Source of the DNA: Candidatus Omnitrophota bacterium
GTDB taxonomy: Bacteria; Omnitrophota; Gorgyraeia; Gorgyraeales; Gorgyraeaceae
Length of the DNA: 62,915 bases
Reading direction: 5' to 3'
Assembly (NCBI GenBank): GCA_018901615.1
Contig: JAHIEN010000108.1
Location: forward strand, 1-62,915
Below, piece after piece: positions 1-10,052 of the stretch (position 1 is the stretch's first letter; the number at the start of each line of letters is the position of its first letter). The notes beneath the pieces were generated by a model. That model saw only the letters and a list, made by a program, of their open reading frames with translations. It was not told the origin of the DNA and searched no databases. Position numbers and translations under genes: made by a program.

Positions 1-1
1 A

Positions 2-613
2 GGCGAGTCTGATAAGGCGATTGAATTATTTAACAAGGTTATCTCTCTGGATGCTGAGAATCCCCGCGCTTATATCGGTTTAGGTAATATCTATTTTCAG
101 AAAGGCGAGTCTGATAAGGCGATTGAATCTTTTAACAAGGCCATATCCCTGGATGCTGAGAATACCCGTGCCTATATCGGTTTAGGTTATAGCTATTCCC
201 AGAAGGGTGAGACTGATAAGGTGATTGAATTATTTAACAAAGTCATCTCTATGGACGCCAATAGTTCCCCTGCTTACGTCGGTTTAGGTAATGCCTATTT
301 CCAAAAAGGTGAGACTGATAAGGCTATTGAATCTTTTAACAAGGCCATATCCCTGGATGCCAAGAATGCCCATGCCTACACTGGTTTAGGTAATAGCTAT
401 TCCCAAAAAGATGAGACTGGTAAGGCAATAAAATCTTTTAACAAGGCCATATCCCTGGATGCCAAGAATGCCCATGCCTACACTGGTTTAGGTAATGTCT
501 ATTTCCAGAAGGGCAAGGCTGGTAAGGCAATCAAACTCTTTAACAAGGCCATATCCCTGGACGCCAAGAATGCCAATGCTTATTACAGGCTGGGGGAGAT
601 ATACTTATCTCTT
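2..613. repeat. Six tandem 102-bp units (coding TPR repeats) with high nucleotide-level identity
   Basis: Units start at 2, 104, 206, 308, 410 and 512. Long identical strings recur, e.g. tcttttaacaaggccatatccctggatgc in units 2, 4 and 5, and cccatgcctacactggtttaggtaat in units 4 and 5. Confidence 0.85.
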
Positions 614-706
614 GAGAAGGAAAATTCTGCGTTAGAACAATGCAAGATATTAGATGGTTTAGATAAAGATTTAGCCAAAAAGCTTTATGAGCAGATCAAG
701 CCTTGA
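2..706 (+). CDS. TPR-repeat protein, 5'-truncated by the window edge
   Basis: Frame 2 is open from nt 2. The translation is a run of 34-aa units (..AYxGLGNxYxQKGExDKAIExFNKAISLDA..), the canonical TPR spacing. The GTG at 221 used by the ORF track lies inside the repeat array. Stop at 704-706. Confidence 0.8.
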   Translation, partial: GESDKAIELFNKVISLDAENPRAYIGLGNIYFQKGESDKAIESFNKAISLDAENTRAYIGLGYSYSQKGETDKVIELFNKVISMDANSSPAYVGLGNAYFQKGETDKAIESFNKAISLDAKNAHAYTGLGNSYSQKDETGKAIKSFNKAISLDAKNAHAYTGLGNVYFQKGKAGKAIKLFNKAISLDAKNANAYYRLGEIYLSLEKENSALEQCKILDGLDKDLAKKLYEQIKP

Positions 707-819
707 TGATCTATAGGCTTAAAAAGCAGACAAATAATACTATATAGCGTGATATTTGTTTTAAGAAGCTGGCATAGTTAATGATTGGCGTCTGCATAAG
801 CGCCAAACTCTAATTTAGG

Positions 820-2149
820 GTGTATTCTGTGAATATAAAAAGCAATATAAATAATAGAGTCATACCCAAGAAAACTTTACTGTGGCAAAAAATCATCCTT
901 GTCTTTCTCGGATTGTTTCTGGTTGCCTTGACCCTTGAGATAGGCTTACGCGCAAGCGGCTTTATAATGCTATCCATACAGGAGTACAAGAACCTGCAAT
1001 CCATAAAAGAGAAAGGCTCTTGTCGTATCATGTGCCTGGGAGAGTCTACCACCCAAAACCAATATCCGCCCCACTTAGAAGAGATCCTAAACAAGCGTGA
1101 TATCGGGATAAAATTCAGCGTGATAGATAAGGGCATGGCGAGTATTGACACAGGAGTGGTCCTGGCGCAATTAGAGGCTAATCTTGATAAGTATCAGCCT
1201 GATATAGTGGTAACGATGATCGGCTGTAACGATAGAAGGACAATGTATTATCAGGATATACCCGAGTCTGATGCCTGGCTATTCAGGCATTGCCGGGTAT
1301 ATTAGGTTCAGCCGGCTCATATATGTGCATATCTTAAAGAAGCTGAAAAAAGAAGATATCTACAGAGTAAAAAGCCCTGATCTAAACCAGAATAAGTACT
1401 CCAATAATGCCGTAAAGCTTGACCCTCAGGATGATTTAGCGTATGTAAGATTAGGACGTGTTTATAAAGGTCAAATGAAATATCCCGAAGCAGAGCTTGC
1501 GTTTAAGAAAGCTATTGAACTTAACCCTAAAAATGATTCCGCGTATGTCGAATTAGGCTGGCTTTATAAAGACCGGAGAAGGCTCAGTGATGCAGAACAG
1601 GCATTCAAGAAGGCTATAGAGCTTAACCCTGAGAATTATTCCGCGTATATAGGATTAGGCCAGTTTTACAGAGACCAGGGGAAAATTATGGAGTCAGAAC
1701 AGGCATTCAAGAAGGCCATAGAGAACTCTAAGGAGGATGAACGCGTATATGGAGGATTGGCAACATTATATGGCGAAATGGGTAAGGATGAGCTTTCCAA
1801 GGCCTATGCAGAAAAGGCAGATAAGCTAAGAGATAAATTTTATAACCCTGTCACGGTAAATAATTACCATAAGCTTAAGCAGATCCTGGACAAAAGAAAG
1901 ATAAAGTTAGTCTGCGTACAGTATCCTATGCGCAGCATACAACCATTAAAGAATATATTTAAAGATGATGAAAATATAATCTTTGTAGACAACGAGAGGA
2001 TATTCAAGGACGCTGTGAGAAAAGATAGATATGACGAATATTTCCGTGATATATTCGGCGGTGATTTTGGCCATTGCACTCACAAAGGCAACAGGCTTTT
2101 AGCTCAGAATATTGCTAATGCTATATTAAAAGAGATCTTCAGTAAGTAG
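820..2149 (+). pseudogene. SGNH/GDSL-family hydrolase with internal TPR insertion, split by a +1 frameshift near 1300-1304
   Basis: ORF 820-1305 (frame 1) carries an N-terminal TM anchor, block I (LGESTT) and block III (IGCNDR). ORF 1271-2149 (frame 2) carries 3-4 TPR units and block V (DFGH). The intact paralog is at 3689-4702. Removing one T from gtatattagg reads ..CRVY-RFSRLIYV.., which parallels ..SALY-RFIVMRVF.. in the paralog. Confidence 0.55.
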
Positions 2150-2498
2150 GTCCTCAGGAGCTACGGCTGAAGCAGAAAAGAATACTGGCGCTGGAGAAGG
2201 CAGGCTAAATATTTAAAGGAAAATAAAAACGCAAGGTTTGCAAATAGCCAGGTGTTATATGATGAACACTGCGACCATTGTGATAATCATCAGACTATAA
2301 TAAAGACCTTGAACGAGTTAAAAAAGTACGATTTATATAAATATTATTGAGGGGACGAAGGATCTCTGATTATCATGAATATTAAAATAATGAAATTATT
2401 CAGGGTGTTTTGTTTATTTATTATTTGCGTGTCTGTGGATACCTGTCTATTTCTTTTAAAGAAAGTTAAAAGTACACTAATTTTTCCAGGCGGATAAT

Positions 2499-3680
2499 AT
2501 GAACATACTAATGGTCCATCCTCACGATATATATTCAAGTATCGAGCCCTGGACAGTGCGCATTGTATATATCGCAAAGGAGTTTGTTAAAAAAGGTCAT
2601 AATGTAAAATTGGTGTATTTTCCTTTAGAGTGGGGACAGAAGAAGGCCGCGGAGACACCCGAAGGGATAACCGTTATTCCTTTTCCGAGAATGCACGGCC
2701 CTCATGTTTTGATTTCAAATATCCTGAGATTATGCAACCTCGCGAGGTGGGCCGATGTTATACATTTCCAGAAATGTTTTTATCATGCGGCATTGCCGGC
2801 TGTAGCAGCAGGGATATTTCACGGAAAACCTTTGCATTATGACTGGGATGACTGGGAGCTAAAGATATACGAAGTTTCGACGCGCCCTAGCTTTTTAAGA
2901 AATATTATGTGGAATTTTTTGAGTTTTCTGGAGACTACGATTCCTAAAATTGTCGATACAGTGTCTTGCGCCAGCAAGAGGCTTAAGGTTGAGTGCGAGA
3001 GGTTAGGGGTAGATAAAGATAGAATTTTTGATGCGCATGTAGGAGCTGATATCGTAAGGTTTAACCCTGATGTTTCAGGAGAGGCGATAAGAGATAAATA
3101 TAATATCACAAAGCCATTAATTTTATATCTGGGCCAGCTTCACGGCGGGCAATATGTTGAGGCCTTTATCGAGACCGCATCAAGGCTTATAAATGATCAC
3201 AGAAAAGACCTGGCCTTTATGATAGCAGGCGATGGATATCAGGCCGGGGAATTAAAAAAAATGTCGCGAAGATTAAACCTTAATGGAAAACTTATTTTTA
3301 CAGGCGCAATACCTCACGAACTCGTGCCGCAATATATAGCTGCCGCGGATGTGTGCCTGGCCTGTTTTGAAGAGAATGAGGTCACTTTGTGTAAGAGCCC
3401 TCTTAAGGTAGTGGAATATCTGGCCTCAGGCAGGGCAATAGTCGCGAGTGATGTAGGCGAGGTGCCGAGGATGCTTGATGGGGCAGGGGTCCTGACCCCG
3501 CCAGGCGATGTTGATTCCCTGGCAGACGGGATATTGAAGATCCTGCAAAATCCCAGTTTGAAAAAAAACTTAGAAAGATTAGCGCGCGAAAGAGCTGAGA
3601 AAGAATACAACTGGACTGTCACTGCTACAAATCTTTTAGGTGCCTATGAAAAAGCAGTTCAGATAAACAGCGCAAGATAA
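2499..3680 (+). CDS. Glycosyltransferase, GT4 (GT-B fold) family
   Basis: 393 aa. The C-terminal half has the GT4-type E-x7-E region (VVEYLASGRAIVASDVGEVPRML). It sits among other glycan genes. Confidence 0.75.
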   Translation: MNILMVHPHDIYSSIEPWTVRIVYIAKEFVKKGHNVKLVYFPLEWGQKKAAETPEGITVIPFPRMHGPHVLISNILRLCNLARWADVIHFQKCFYHAALPAVAAGIFHGKPLHYDWDDWELKIYEVSTRPSFLRNIMWNFLSFLETTIPKIVDTVSCASKRLKVECERLGVDKDRIFDAHVGADIVRFNPDVSGEAIRDKYNITKPLILYLGQLHGGQYVEAFIETASRLINDHRKDLAFMIAGDGYQAGELKKMSRRLNLNGKLIFTGAIPHELVPQYIAAADVCLACFEENEVTLCKSPLKVVEYLASGRAIVASDVGEVPRMLDGAGVLTPPGDVDSLADGILKILQNPSLKKNLERLARERAEKEYNWTVTATNLLGAYEKAVQINSAR

Positions 3681-3688
3681 TCAATTAG

Positions 3689-4702
3689 ATGCCGATGTCC
3701 TCACATAAAAAAAAATTATTAACTGCAATAATGTTAGTTTTCTTTTCGATAAGTTTGGCAATTTTAGGCATTGAATTGGCCTTCCTGTTCTTTTCACCAG
3801 TAAAGTTTCACTCTTTTGTAGATTCCTCAACAAAAGATTGGCGTGGTTCAGACATATTTCTTAATATTGATGTGGCTCGTCCATCCACTACCCTGGGATA
3901 TGAATGGAGGCCAAACATCAAAGGAGGATTAATAGAAACTAATTCTTTGGGTATGTTAGATCGTGAGCGTTCAAAGATTAAGCCTCAAGGTGTATATAGG
4001 ATAATTTTCCTGGGAGATTCAACAACAGCTAATTCTAGTTATGTAGCGATACTAGAGAAAATATTAAATAAAAACAAGGAGAGAGAAGAGTTTGAAGTCT
4101 GGAACTGCGCAGTAACAGGCTATACTGGTATTCAAAGTTGTCGGGCATTAAAACAGAAATGGTTAAAATGCGATCCTGATATGGTTGTTATTGGATTTTG
4201 CTTGAATGATTTTATGCCAACCCCTTTGGTTTTGAGAGAAGGCAATAATCTTGTAGGCTATTTTCCTCATAGAGAGATGCTATCGGCAGTAAGCCCATTT
4301 TTATTGAAGAATTCAGCATTATATAGATTTATTGTTATGCGTGTATTTTTTTCAAAAAATAAAGATTATCATGAAGAAATAACCAAAACCACAGCTTTTC
4401 ATTTACAGGAAGCAAAAGAACTATGCTCAGCCCAAGGGATAGATTTTCTAATAGTCATTCTAGGTATTACTAAACGATTCGAAGATAGCAATCCAGCTTG
4501 GAAAGATCACTATTTAAAAATTAAGAAAATCGCAGATGAATATAATATTCGCTCATTAGATATAGTGCCAATCTTTCAGAATAATAACCCAGAGAGCCTG
4601 ATGCTTTTAGATGAATTACATTTTAATTTAAAGGGCAATGAGATTGTTGCCAGGACAATACGCGATTATTTAAGACAAAACTTGGAAAAACAAAAAGAGT
4701 GA
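3689..4702 (+). CDS. Membrane-anchored SGNH/GDSL-family hydrolase (esterase or acyl-modifying enzyme)
   Basis: N-terminal TM segment. Block I IIFLGDSTT, block III GFCLNDF, block V DELH. Confidence 0.7.
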   Translation: MPMSSHKKKLLTAIMLVFFSISLAILGIELAFLFFSPVKFHSFVDSSTKDWRGSDIFLNIDVARPSTTLGYEWRPNIKGGLIETNSLGMLDRERSKIKPQGVYRIIFLGDSTTANSSYVAILEKILNKNKEREEFEVWNCAVTGYTGIQSCRALKQKWLKCDPDMVVIGFCLNDFMPTPLVLREGNNLVGYFPHREMLSAVSPFLLKNSALYRFIVMRVFFSKNKDYHEEITKTTAFHLQEAKELCSAQGIDFLIVILGITKRFEDSNPAWKDHYLKIKKIADEYNIRSLDIVPIFQNNNPESLMLLDELHFNLKGNEIVARTIRDYLRQNLEKQKE

Positions 4703-6849
4703 ACGTAAGGACAATTGTGAAAGTCTGTAATATTTTTAAGTTATGTTGGCTTAATTTTTTTATTTTCATCTTAATTCTATCAGGAGGTTATGTTTATAGT
4801 GAAGAGCAGATTGATTCTAGAGAGGCTCAATTTAGAATCGCTATGTTTAAAGAAAAAGATTTTCCTTCTATTGGCACACCTGTTAGCATTACACCCGAGT
4901 GGCTATATAATAATCTTTCCGCAGATTTTTCTGTAACTTACCTGGATTCTGATGATCTTGGCAATGGAGAGTGTTTGAATACAGACACCTTTGATTTGCT
5001 CGTCATGCCTTATGGCGAGGTATTTCCATACAAGGCATTTCAGAATATAAAAGAATATATATTTGGAGGAGGAGGGCTTTTGAATGTTGCTGGAAGGCCC
5101 TTCTGGGTGTCTGTGGAAAAACTCGACAACGGATGGCAGAAGGTAGATATTAAAGACCCGTATATGGAATTTTTATCTGATCTGGGTATAAAATATTATG
5201 TATCAGAAGAGACGCAGGGCATTGGTTTAAGCGTTACCACAAGCCTTAGTTTTAATCCTGTTAAGCCTACTCATGGAAATGTCTTTCCTTACAGGATACC
5301 AGCCAGGGATTTTTTAAAGAGCAAGGAAGATGTAATATTTGTAAAAAGCTGGAGAAATCCTTATGTTAGGGGATCAAAAAAACTCATTAATAAATGGTGC
5401 CTTATAGGGGCAAGAGGAGAAGACCATCCTTTGAATCCGCAAAATCCTCGTGCGCAAGAGGCCTTAATAAAAATTATAGAATATTTGTCATACCCGATTA
5501 TTATGCATGACTTAGAGACCGACCTGGCTGCTTATCAGCAGGGAGAGAAGGTCGAGGTCTCTTTAAAAGTCATGAATATTGGAAAAAATAGCGAGACAGG
5601 CACGGTAGAGGTGGAGTTTTTAGATCAAGAAGACAAGGTTGTTTACAGGAAAAGCAGGCAGGTCGAATTAAAACCAGGACAGGAGATAACGCTGCAGGAG
5701 GTATGGCAGCCCGAAGGATTTAAGAGTAATTTTTATAAGGTTACAGCGCTTTTAAAGAAGGATAGTGCGGTCTTTGATACAGAAGAGAATGGTTTTGTGG
5801 TAATAAATAAAGGCATTCTTGAATCCGGGCCTTCAATAAAGATCGAGAAAAACAGATTCATTGTTAATGGCGAGAGCTCGCTTATTTTAGGAGTGAATTA
5901 TTATGAAAGCAGGCTTGGGGAACTATTGTGGCTGAGGCCGAATCTCCTAAGGATAAGAGAGGATTTTAAGTCTATGCGCAAGATAGGCATTAACATGGTC
6001 AGGATTCACTATCATCATTCAAAATGGTTCAGGGATTACTTTGCAAATGTCGTTAAAGAACCGCTGGATCCGTATTTTGAAATGGCTGATAATACCGCAT
6101 TACCGTCAGAAAGGTCGTTAAGGATTCTGGACGCTATTATACAAATAGCGCAGGAAGAGGGCCTGGTTTTTTGCATGGATATATTTTCTCTGGTGCCAGA
6201 GGAAATGGGAAATCCCGTAGGCTGGCTTGGACTTAAAGAAAGGATTCTGGATAAAGATAAGATTAATGTGCAGAAGAAATTTGTAGAGATAATTGCCCAG
6301 CGATACAAGGATGTCCCGGGGATTACATGGGATTTGTGGAATGAACCGAGATTAGGTAATGATGATCTGGACTTATTAAGGCGCTGGGCTGGTGAGATCA
6401 GGGATCTATTTCGTAAAAACGGAGACGTCCATCCAGTTACTATAGGAGGCGATCTGAGTGTCAGGCTTCCGGATGTGTTGGATTATGTATGTGTGCATAC
6501 CTATGAACCTGCAGAGTTCAAATTTGCGGAGTCATTAGGTAAGCCAGTGATCTTTCAGGAGACATGGCATCCGGCTGGCATGGGCCTTGAAGAAGAAATA
6601 AGGCAAAAGCAAGAATTGATCAAAGACTTTAACGCATTTTTAAATACTGATGCAGCCGGCTTTATGCCATGGCAATGGACAAGGCAGGCGCGGCTCTGGA
6701 ACAATGCCTCTGAAGCTGAAAAATGGGACGATGACTTAGGGATATGCATTCGCGAAGACGGCAGCTTAAAGCCGGCAGGCAGCGCATATTATGGATTGAT
6801 CAGCAAGATTAAAGAGACGGGTAATCATCCACAGGTCGGATTAAAATGA
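4699..6849 (+). CDS. Secreted or anchored multidomain glycoside hydrolase, GH5-like TIM barrel at the C-terminus
   Basis: 716 aa. GTG start overlaps the upstream stop. Hydrophobic N-terminus. The central Ig-like segment (GEKVEVSLKVMNIGKNSETGTVEVEF) resembles CARDB-type domains. The C-terminal half has VRIHYHH, WDLWNEP (GH5-type acid/base NEP) and FQETW (candidate nucleophile Glu). Confidence 0.55.
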   Translation: MNVRTIVKVCNIFKLCWLNFFIFILILSGGYVYSEEQIDSREAQFRIAMFKEKDFPSIGTPVSITPEWLYNNLSADFSVTYLDSDDLGNGECLNTDTFDLLVMPYGEVFPYKAFQNIKEYIFGGGGLLNVAGRPFWVSVEKLDNGWQKVDIKDPYMEFLSDLGIKYYVSEETQGIGLSVTTSLSFNPVKPTHGNVFPYRIPARDFLKSKEDVIFVKSWRNPYVRGSKKLINKWCLIGARGEDHPLNPQNPRAQEALIKIIEYLSYPIIMHDLETDLAAYQQGEKVEVSLKVMNIGKNSETGTVEVEFLDQEDKVVYRKSRQVELKPGQEITLQEVWQPEGFKSNFYKVTALLKKDSAVFDTEENGFVVINKGILESGPSIKIEKNRFIVNGESSLILGVNYYESRLGELLWLRPNLLRIREDFKSMRKIGINMVRIHYHHSKWFRDYFANVVKEPLDPYFEMADNTALPSERSLRILDAIIQIAQEEGLVFCMDIFSLVPEEMGNPVGWLGLKERILDKDKINVQKKFVEIIAQRYKDVPGITWDLWNEPRLGNDDLDLLRRWAGEIRDLFRKNGDVHPVTIGGDLSVRLPDVLDYVCVHTYEPAEFKFAESLGKPVIFQETWHPAGMGLEEEIRQKQELIKDFNAFLNTDAAGFMPWQWTRQARLWNNASEAEKWDDDLGICIREDGSLKPAGSAYYGLISKIKETGNHPQVGLK

Positions 6850-7946
6850 AGGTTATTTTTATTACACGTGAAGGGTATAATTTGTCAGGCGCAAGGGTAA
6901 GATGCTATAATTTTGCCCGGGCCTTAAGAAAATACGGCATAGACACTGAAGTGTTTTCTTTTGCGGATAGCCTGGGAGCTAAGTATGGGGAAAAAGAATC
7001 AGAGATGCCATTCAGGGATAAGGTCGCGTATAATATAAAGGCATTGAAGATATTATTAAAGAAAGAAAAGGGCAGTGTGTTTTTTATGCAGCGTCTTAAT
7101 TATCATACAGTCGCGCCTTTTATAGCATCTTTAGTGAGCAGGAACAAGTTTGTATTTGATTGTGATGACTGGAATATAAGAGAAAATCCTGAATACCGTC
7201 TTGGTTTTTACCCGAGCTCCAAGATGGAGTTTCTCACGCGCAGGATGGCAGCCTGCTCTAATATATGCATTGCCGCAAGCTTATTTTTAAAAGATTATCT
7301 GTCCAGATTCAACAGCAGGGTTTACTATATCCCTACAGGCGTGGATACGGAGTCATTTAAGCCTAACGGCAGCCTTAGCGATGAAACAAGGATTGTTTTT
7401 TCCTGGGTCGGCACTGTTTATCACAAAGAGATGAGCGAAAATATTAAATTTATCCTGGACTGTTTTTTAATGCTGGCTGATAAGTATAGCAATATCTATC
7501 TTGACCTCGCGGGAGAGGGAAAATATTTTTATGAAACCAGTGTTTATCTGAAGGATCACAGGCATAAGGATAGGGTGATTATAAATGACTGGATCCTGCC
7601 CGACAAGATCCCTGATCACCTATCGCGTATTGATATCGGCCTTTTGCCTTTGACCCAAGAGACCAGATTTAATAAGGCAAAAAGCCCTACCAAGCTTTTT
7701 GAATACATGGCAATGGCGAAGCCGACTGTTTCAAGCAATATCGGCGAAGCAAGTTGTATTATAAAAAATGGCTATAATGGTTTTTTAGCCAAGACAAAAG
7801 AAAGATTTATGGAAGATATGGAAAGGCTGATCAGGGATCCTGATTTACGAAAAGACATGGCTTGTAAAGCAAGAAAGACCGTAGAAGAAAAATATTCTTT
7901 AGATGTCCTGACAAAACAGTTAAGTGAAATATTAAAAACAGTCTAA
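6846..7946 (+). CDS. Glycosyltransferase, GT4 family
   Basis: 366 aa. ATGA overlap with the upstream gene. E-x7-E region FEYMAMAKPTVSSNIGE. Confidence 0.7.
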   Translation: MKVIFITREGYNLSGARVRCYNFARALRKYGIDTEVFSFADSLGAKYGEKESEMPFRDKVAYNIKALKILLKKEKGSVFFMQRLNYHTVAPFIASLVSRNKFVFDCDDWNIRENPEYRLGFYPSSKMEFLTRRMAACSNICIAASLFLKDYLSRFNSRVYYIPTGVDTESFKPNGSLSDETRIVFSWVGTVYHKEMSENIKFILDCFLMLADKYSNIYLDLAGEGKYFYETSVYLKDHRHKDRVIINDWILPDKIPDHLSRIDIGLLPLTQETRFNKAKSPTKLFEYMAMAKPTVSSNIGEASCIIKNGYNGFLAKTKERFMEDMERLIRDPDLRKDMACKARKTVEEKYSLDVLTKQLSEILKTV

Positions 7947-8848
7947 TGCCAAAAGTATCTATTATTGTACTGACCTTTAACAGTTCTCGATTTATCATGC
8001 CTTGTCTGGATGCTGTATTCAGCCAGGCCTACAGGGATTTCGAGGTAATCCTGGTGGATAACGGTTCAGAGGATAATAGCGTATCTATCGTAAAAGAGCG
8101 TTATCCAATGGTCAGATTGATTGAAAATAAGAAGAATCTAGGCGCTTGCGCGGCGAGGAACAACGGTATCGAAGCATCCAGCGGCAAATGGATCCTGACC
8201 CTGGATTGCGATGTAGTCCTGGGGAAGGGTTTCCTTTCGGAAATAATAGCATTCGCAGAAGAATCAGAAGGCCCTATCGGTATGTTTCAGCCAAAGATCT
8301 TGCTATCGGATAAAAATACGATTTATTCCTGCGGGGCGCGTCTTTCTGGTTTAAGAAGATTTTACGACATAGGCAGAGGAAACCCTGATAAGGGTAAATT
8401 CAATACAAAAAGGCATGTCTTTGGCGCCTGTTCAGCCGCGGCCCTATATAGAAGACAGATGCTCGAGGAAATAAAAGAAGACGCAGGCTATTTTGATGAG
8501 AGATTCTTTTTTTTAGTCGAGGATGTAGATTTAGCCTGGAGGGCGCAGAAGGCAGGATGGAAGGCTGAATTTTACCCTGCAGCGGTCTGCTATCACCATG
8601 GCAATAGTTCTAATTTTAATAAACAATTCAGACAGTATCTTTGTTTCCGCAACAGGTATTACATGTTAATTAAAAACCAGGGCATTAAAGATTTGCGAAA
8701 AGATATTGTCTTTCTTTTTCCCTACGATTTCCCGCGGTTCATTTTTCTGCTATTAAGCAATCCCCATATCCTAAAGGCCCTGAGAGAGATATCAAGTTTT
8801 TCAAGATCTTTATCTTCAGAAACTTTTATACCATGTAAAAACAGTTGA
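7946..8848 (+). CDS. Glycosyltransferase, GT2 family (GT-A fold)
   Basis: N-terminal IIVLTFNS...VILVDNGSEDNS, DxD-like LDCDV and FFLVEDVDLAWR, all typical of rhamnosyltransferase-like GT2 enzymes. Confidence 0.75.
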   Translation: MPKVSIIVLTFNSSRFIMPCLDAVFSQAYRDFEVILVDNGSEDNSVSIVKERYPMVRLIENKKNLGACAARNNGIEASSGKWILTLDCDVVLGKGFLSEIIAFAEESEGPIGMFQPKILLSDKNTIYSCGARLSGLRRFYDIGRGNPDKGKFNTKRHVFGACSAAALYRRQMLEEIKEDAGYFDERFFFLVEDVDLAWRAQKAGWKAEFYPAAVCYHHGNSSNFNKQFRQYLCFRNRYYMLIKNQGIKDLRKDIVFLFPYDFPRFIFLLLSNPHILKALREISSFSRSLSSETFIPCKNS

Positions 8849-8849
8849 T

Positions 8850-10037
8850 TTATTCTGACAGGCCTATGATCATCCACCAAAAAAGGCCTGCCTGTGATAT
8901 GAAATAGGTAGAGTCAATAAAGTTGTGCAGTATAAAGGCAAGACCTGCCAGAAACAGGTACTTTGATTTAAAGAAGGCCTTTTTTATAAAGGCCCATATG
9001 AGGAAAATTATTGCTATAAGGCCTGTTATACCTGTTTCTGCCCACTGGTGAAGCACTATATTGTGAGCGTATCTGGTATCTGTGCCGCCCCCCACCTTGT
9101 AGTTTAAAAATACTTCATGAAAATTTCCAGGCCCGACCCCGGATATAAAATGGTTTTTTATGATACCCGAAGCAGCGCGCCAGTAGCCCATGCGCTGGAT
9201 AATGGAGTTTTGCGGGTCGTTTAGATCTAATAATCTTTCCTGACGGGAGATCGTGATAAAGAAAGCGGCCAGGCTTATAAATATAAAAAAAATCAGAGCC
9301 ATTATTTTTTTGTGTTTAAAAGATTTGTACGAGAGTAAAAAGAAAATGATAAACGCGGATACAAAACTTAACCATGCGCCCATGGATTTCGTGAGGATGA
9401 GCGCGGTAACTATCAAAAACGGCGCAAGATACCATACCATGGAATGGTCTTTGCTTTCCGCAATGGATAAGGAAAGAAACAGGGCCATGATCAAGTATCC
9501 GCCCAGTATATTAGGCGAAGGGAATGTGCCTATGGAGCGTTTGGTTATTAAGATATCTTTCGCGTATGAGGATTTTAAAATAAAGTCACTATTCATCTCT
9601 TTTAGATAATCCAGTGTCCCCTGGTATCCCCAGAAATATTGATATATTGAATACAGGCTTATTATTAAAGCGGCGATGACAATCGTCTTTATCAATGATT
9701 TTTTTTGTGTTTCATCTGCCTGGCGGACCAGAAAGAAAACAGAGAAACAGCTTACGAGTTTGATCGTTTCTCTGATAGAGTTTTGCATTTTGAAAGATAA
9801 CGCGGTAGATAAAAGGTAAGCCAACAGGAGCAATAAAAGAGGGCGGTTGTAAGTATTTTTGGATAGCGCTGTCCTGTTGGTAAATAGCGCTATAACAGCA
9901 AAAAATATAAGGAAGTTTTGGTAGTATATTTCCAATGCAGGGTATAAGAGGTCTGAAAAAAACGGCCTTATAAAGACAAGCGCCAGGAGGGGGAAAAAAA
10001 TGAAAGATAATAAGGCTTTAGATTTTATATTCTCCAT
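8850..10037 (-). CDS. O-antigen polymerase/ligase family (Wzy_C-like) polytopic membrane protein
   Basis: 395 aa with about 10 or more hydrophobic segments. The large-loop motif RYAHNIVLHQWAETGITGL resembles the O-antigen ligase domain. It is the only minus-strand gene in the glycan locus. Confidence 0.65.
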   Translation of the reverse strand: MENIKSKALLSFIFFPLLALVFIRPFFSDLLYPALEIYYQNFLIFFAVIALFTNRTALSKNTYNRPLLLLLLAYLLSTALSFKMQNSIRETIKLVSCFSVFFLVRQADETQKKSLIKTIVIAALIISLYSIYQYFWGYQGTLDYLKEMNSDFILKSSYAKDILITKRSIGTFPSPNILGGYLIMALFLSLSIAESKDHSMVWYLAPFLIVTALILTKSMGAWLSFVSAFIIFFLLSYKSFKHKKIMALIFFIFISLAAFFITISRQERLLDLNDPQNSIIQRMGYWRAASGIIKNHFISGVGPGNFHEVFLNYKVGGGTDTRYAHNIVLHQWAETGITGLIAIIFLIWAFIKKAFFKSKYLFLAGLAFILHNFIDSTYFISQAGLFWWMIIGLSE

Positions 10038-10052
10038 GATATAATTGATTTT

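Noticed and set aside
784-805. Small hairpin ttggcg-N10-cgccaa between the TPR gene and the frameshifted SGNH gene, as a possible terminator.
   Set aside because: It has only a 6-bp stem with a 10-nt loop and no downstream T tract, so it is not distinguishable from chance.
2375-2497. 40-codon ORF (MNIKIMKLFRVFCLFIICVSVDTCLFLLKKVKSTLIFPGG) in the 350-nt gap upstream of the first GT4 gene. It could be a small hydrophobic peptide or leader.
   Set aside because: It has no convincing RBS, AT-rich DNA yields such ORFs by chance, and I cannot assess conservation. It might merit a homology check but is not supported as a gene.
3707-3715. A9 homopolymer at codons 7-9 of the SGNH hydrolase gene, as a possible slipped-strand phase-variation switch. 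Similar A8/T8 runs occur at 19764-19782.
   Set aside because: The tracts encode Lys/Phe runs in an AT-rich genome where such runs are frequent. There is no population or read evidence of length variation.
8841-10052. Short TTGATTT strings at both flanks of the inverted wzy-like gene (8846-8852 and 10046-10052) as possible inversion or insertion scars.
   Set aside because: They are only 7 nt long, AT-rich, and in direct rather than inverted orientation. This is well within chance expectation.
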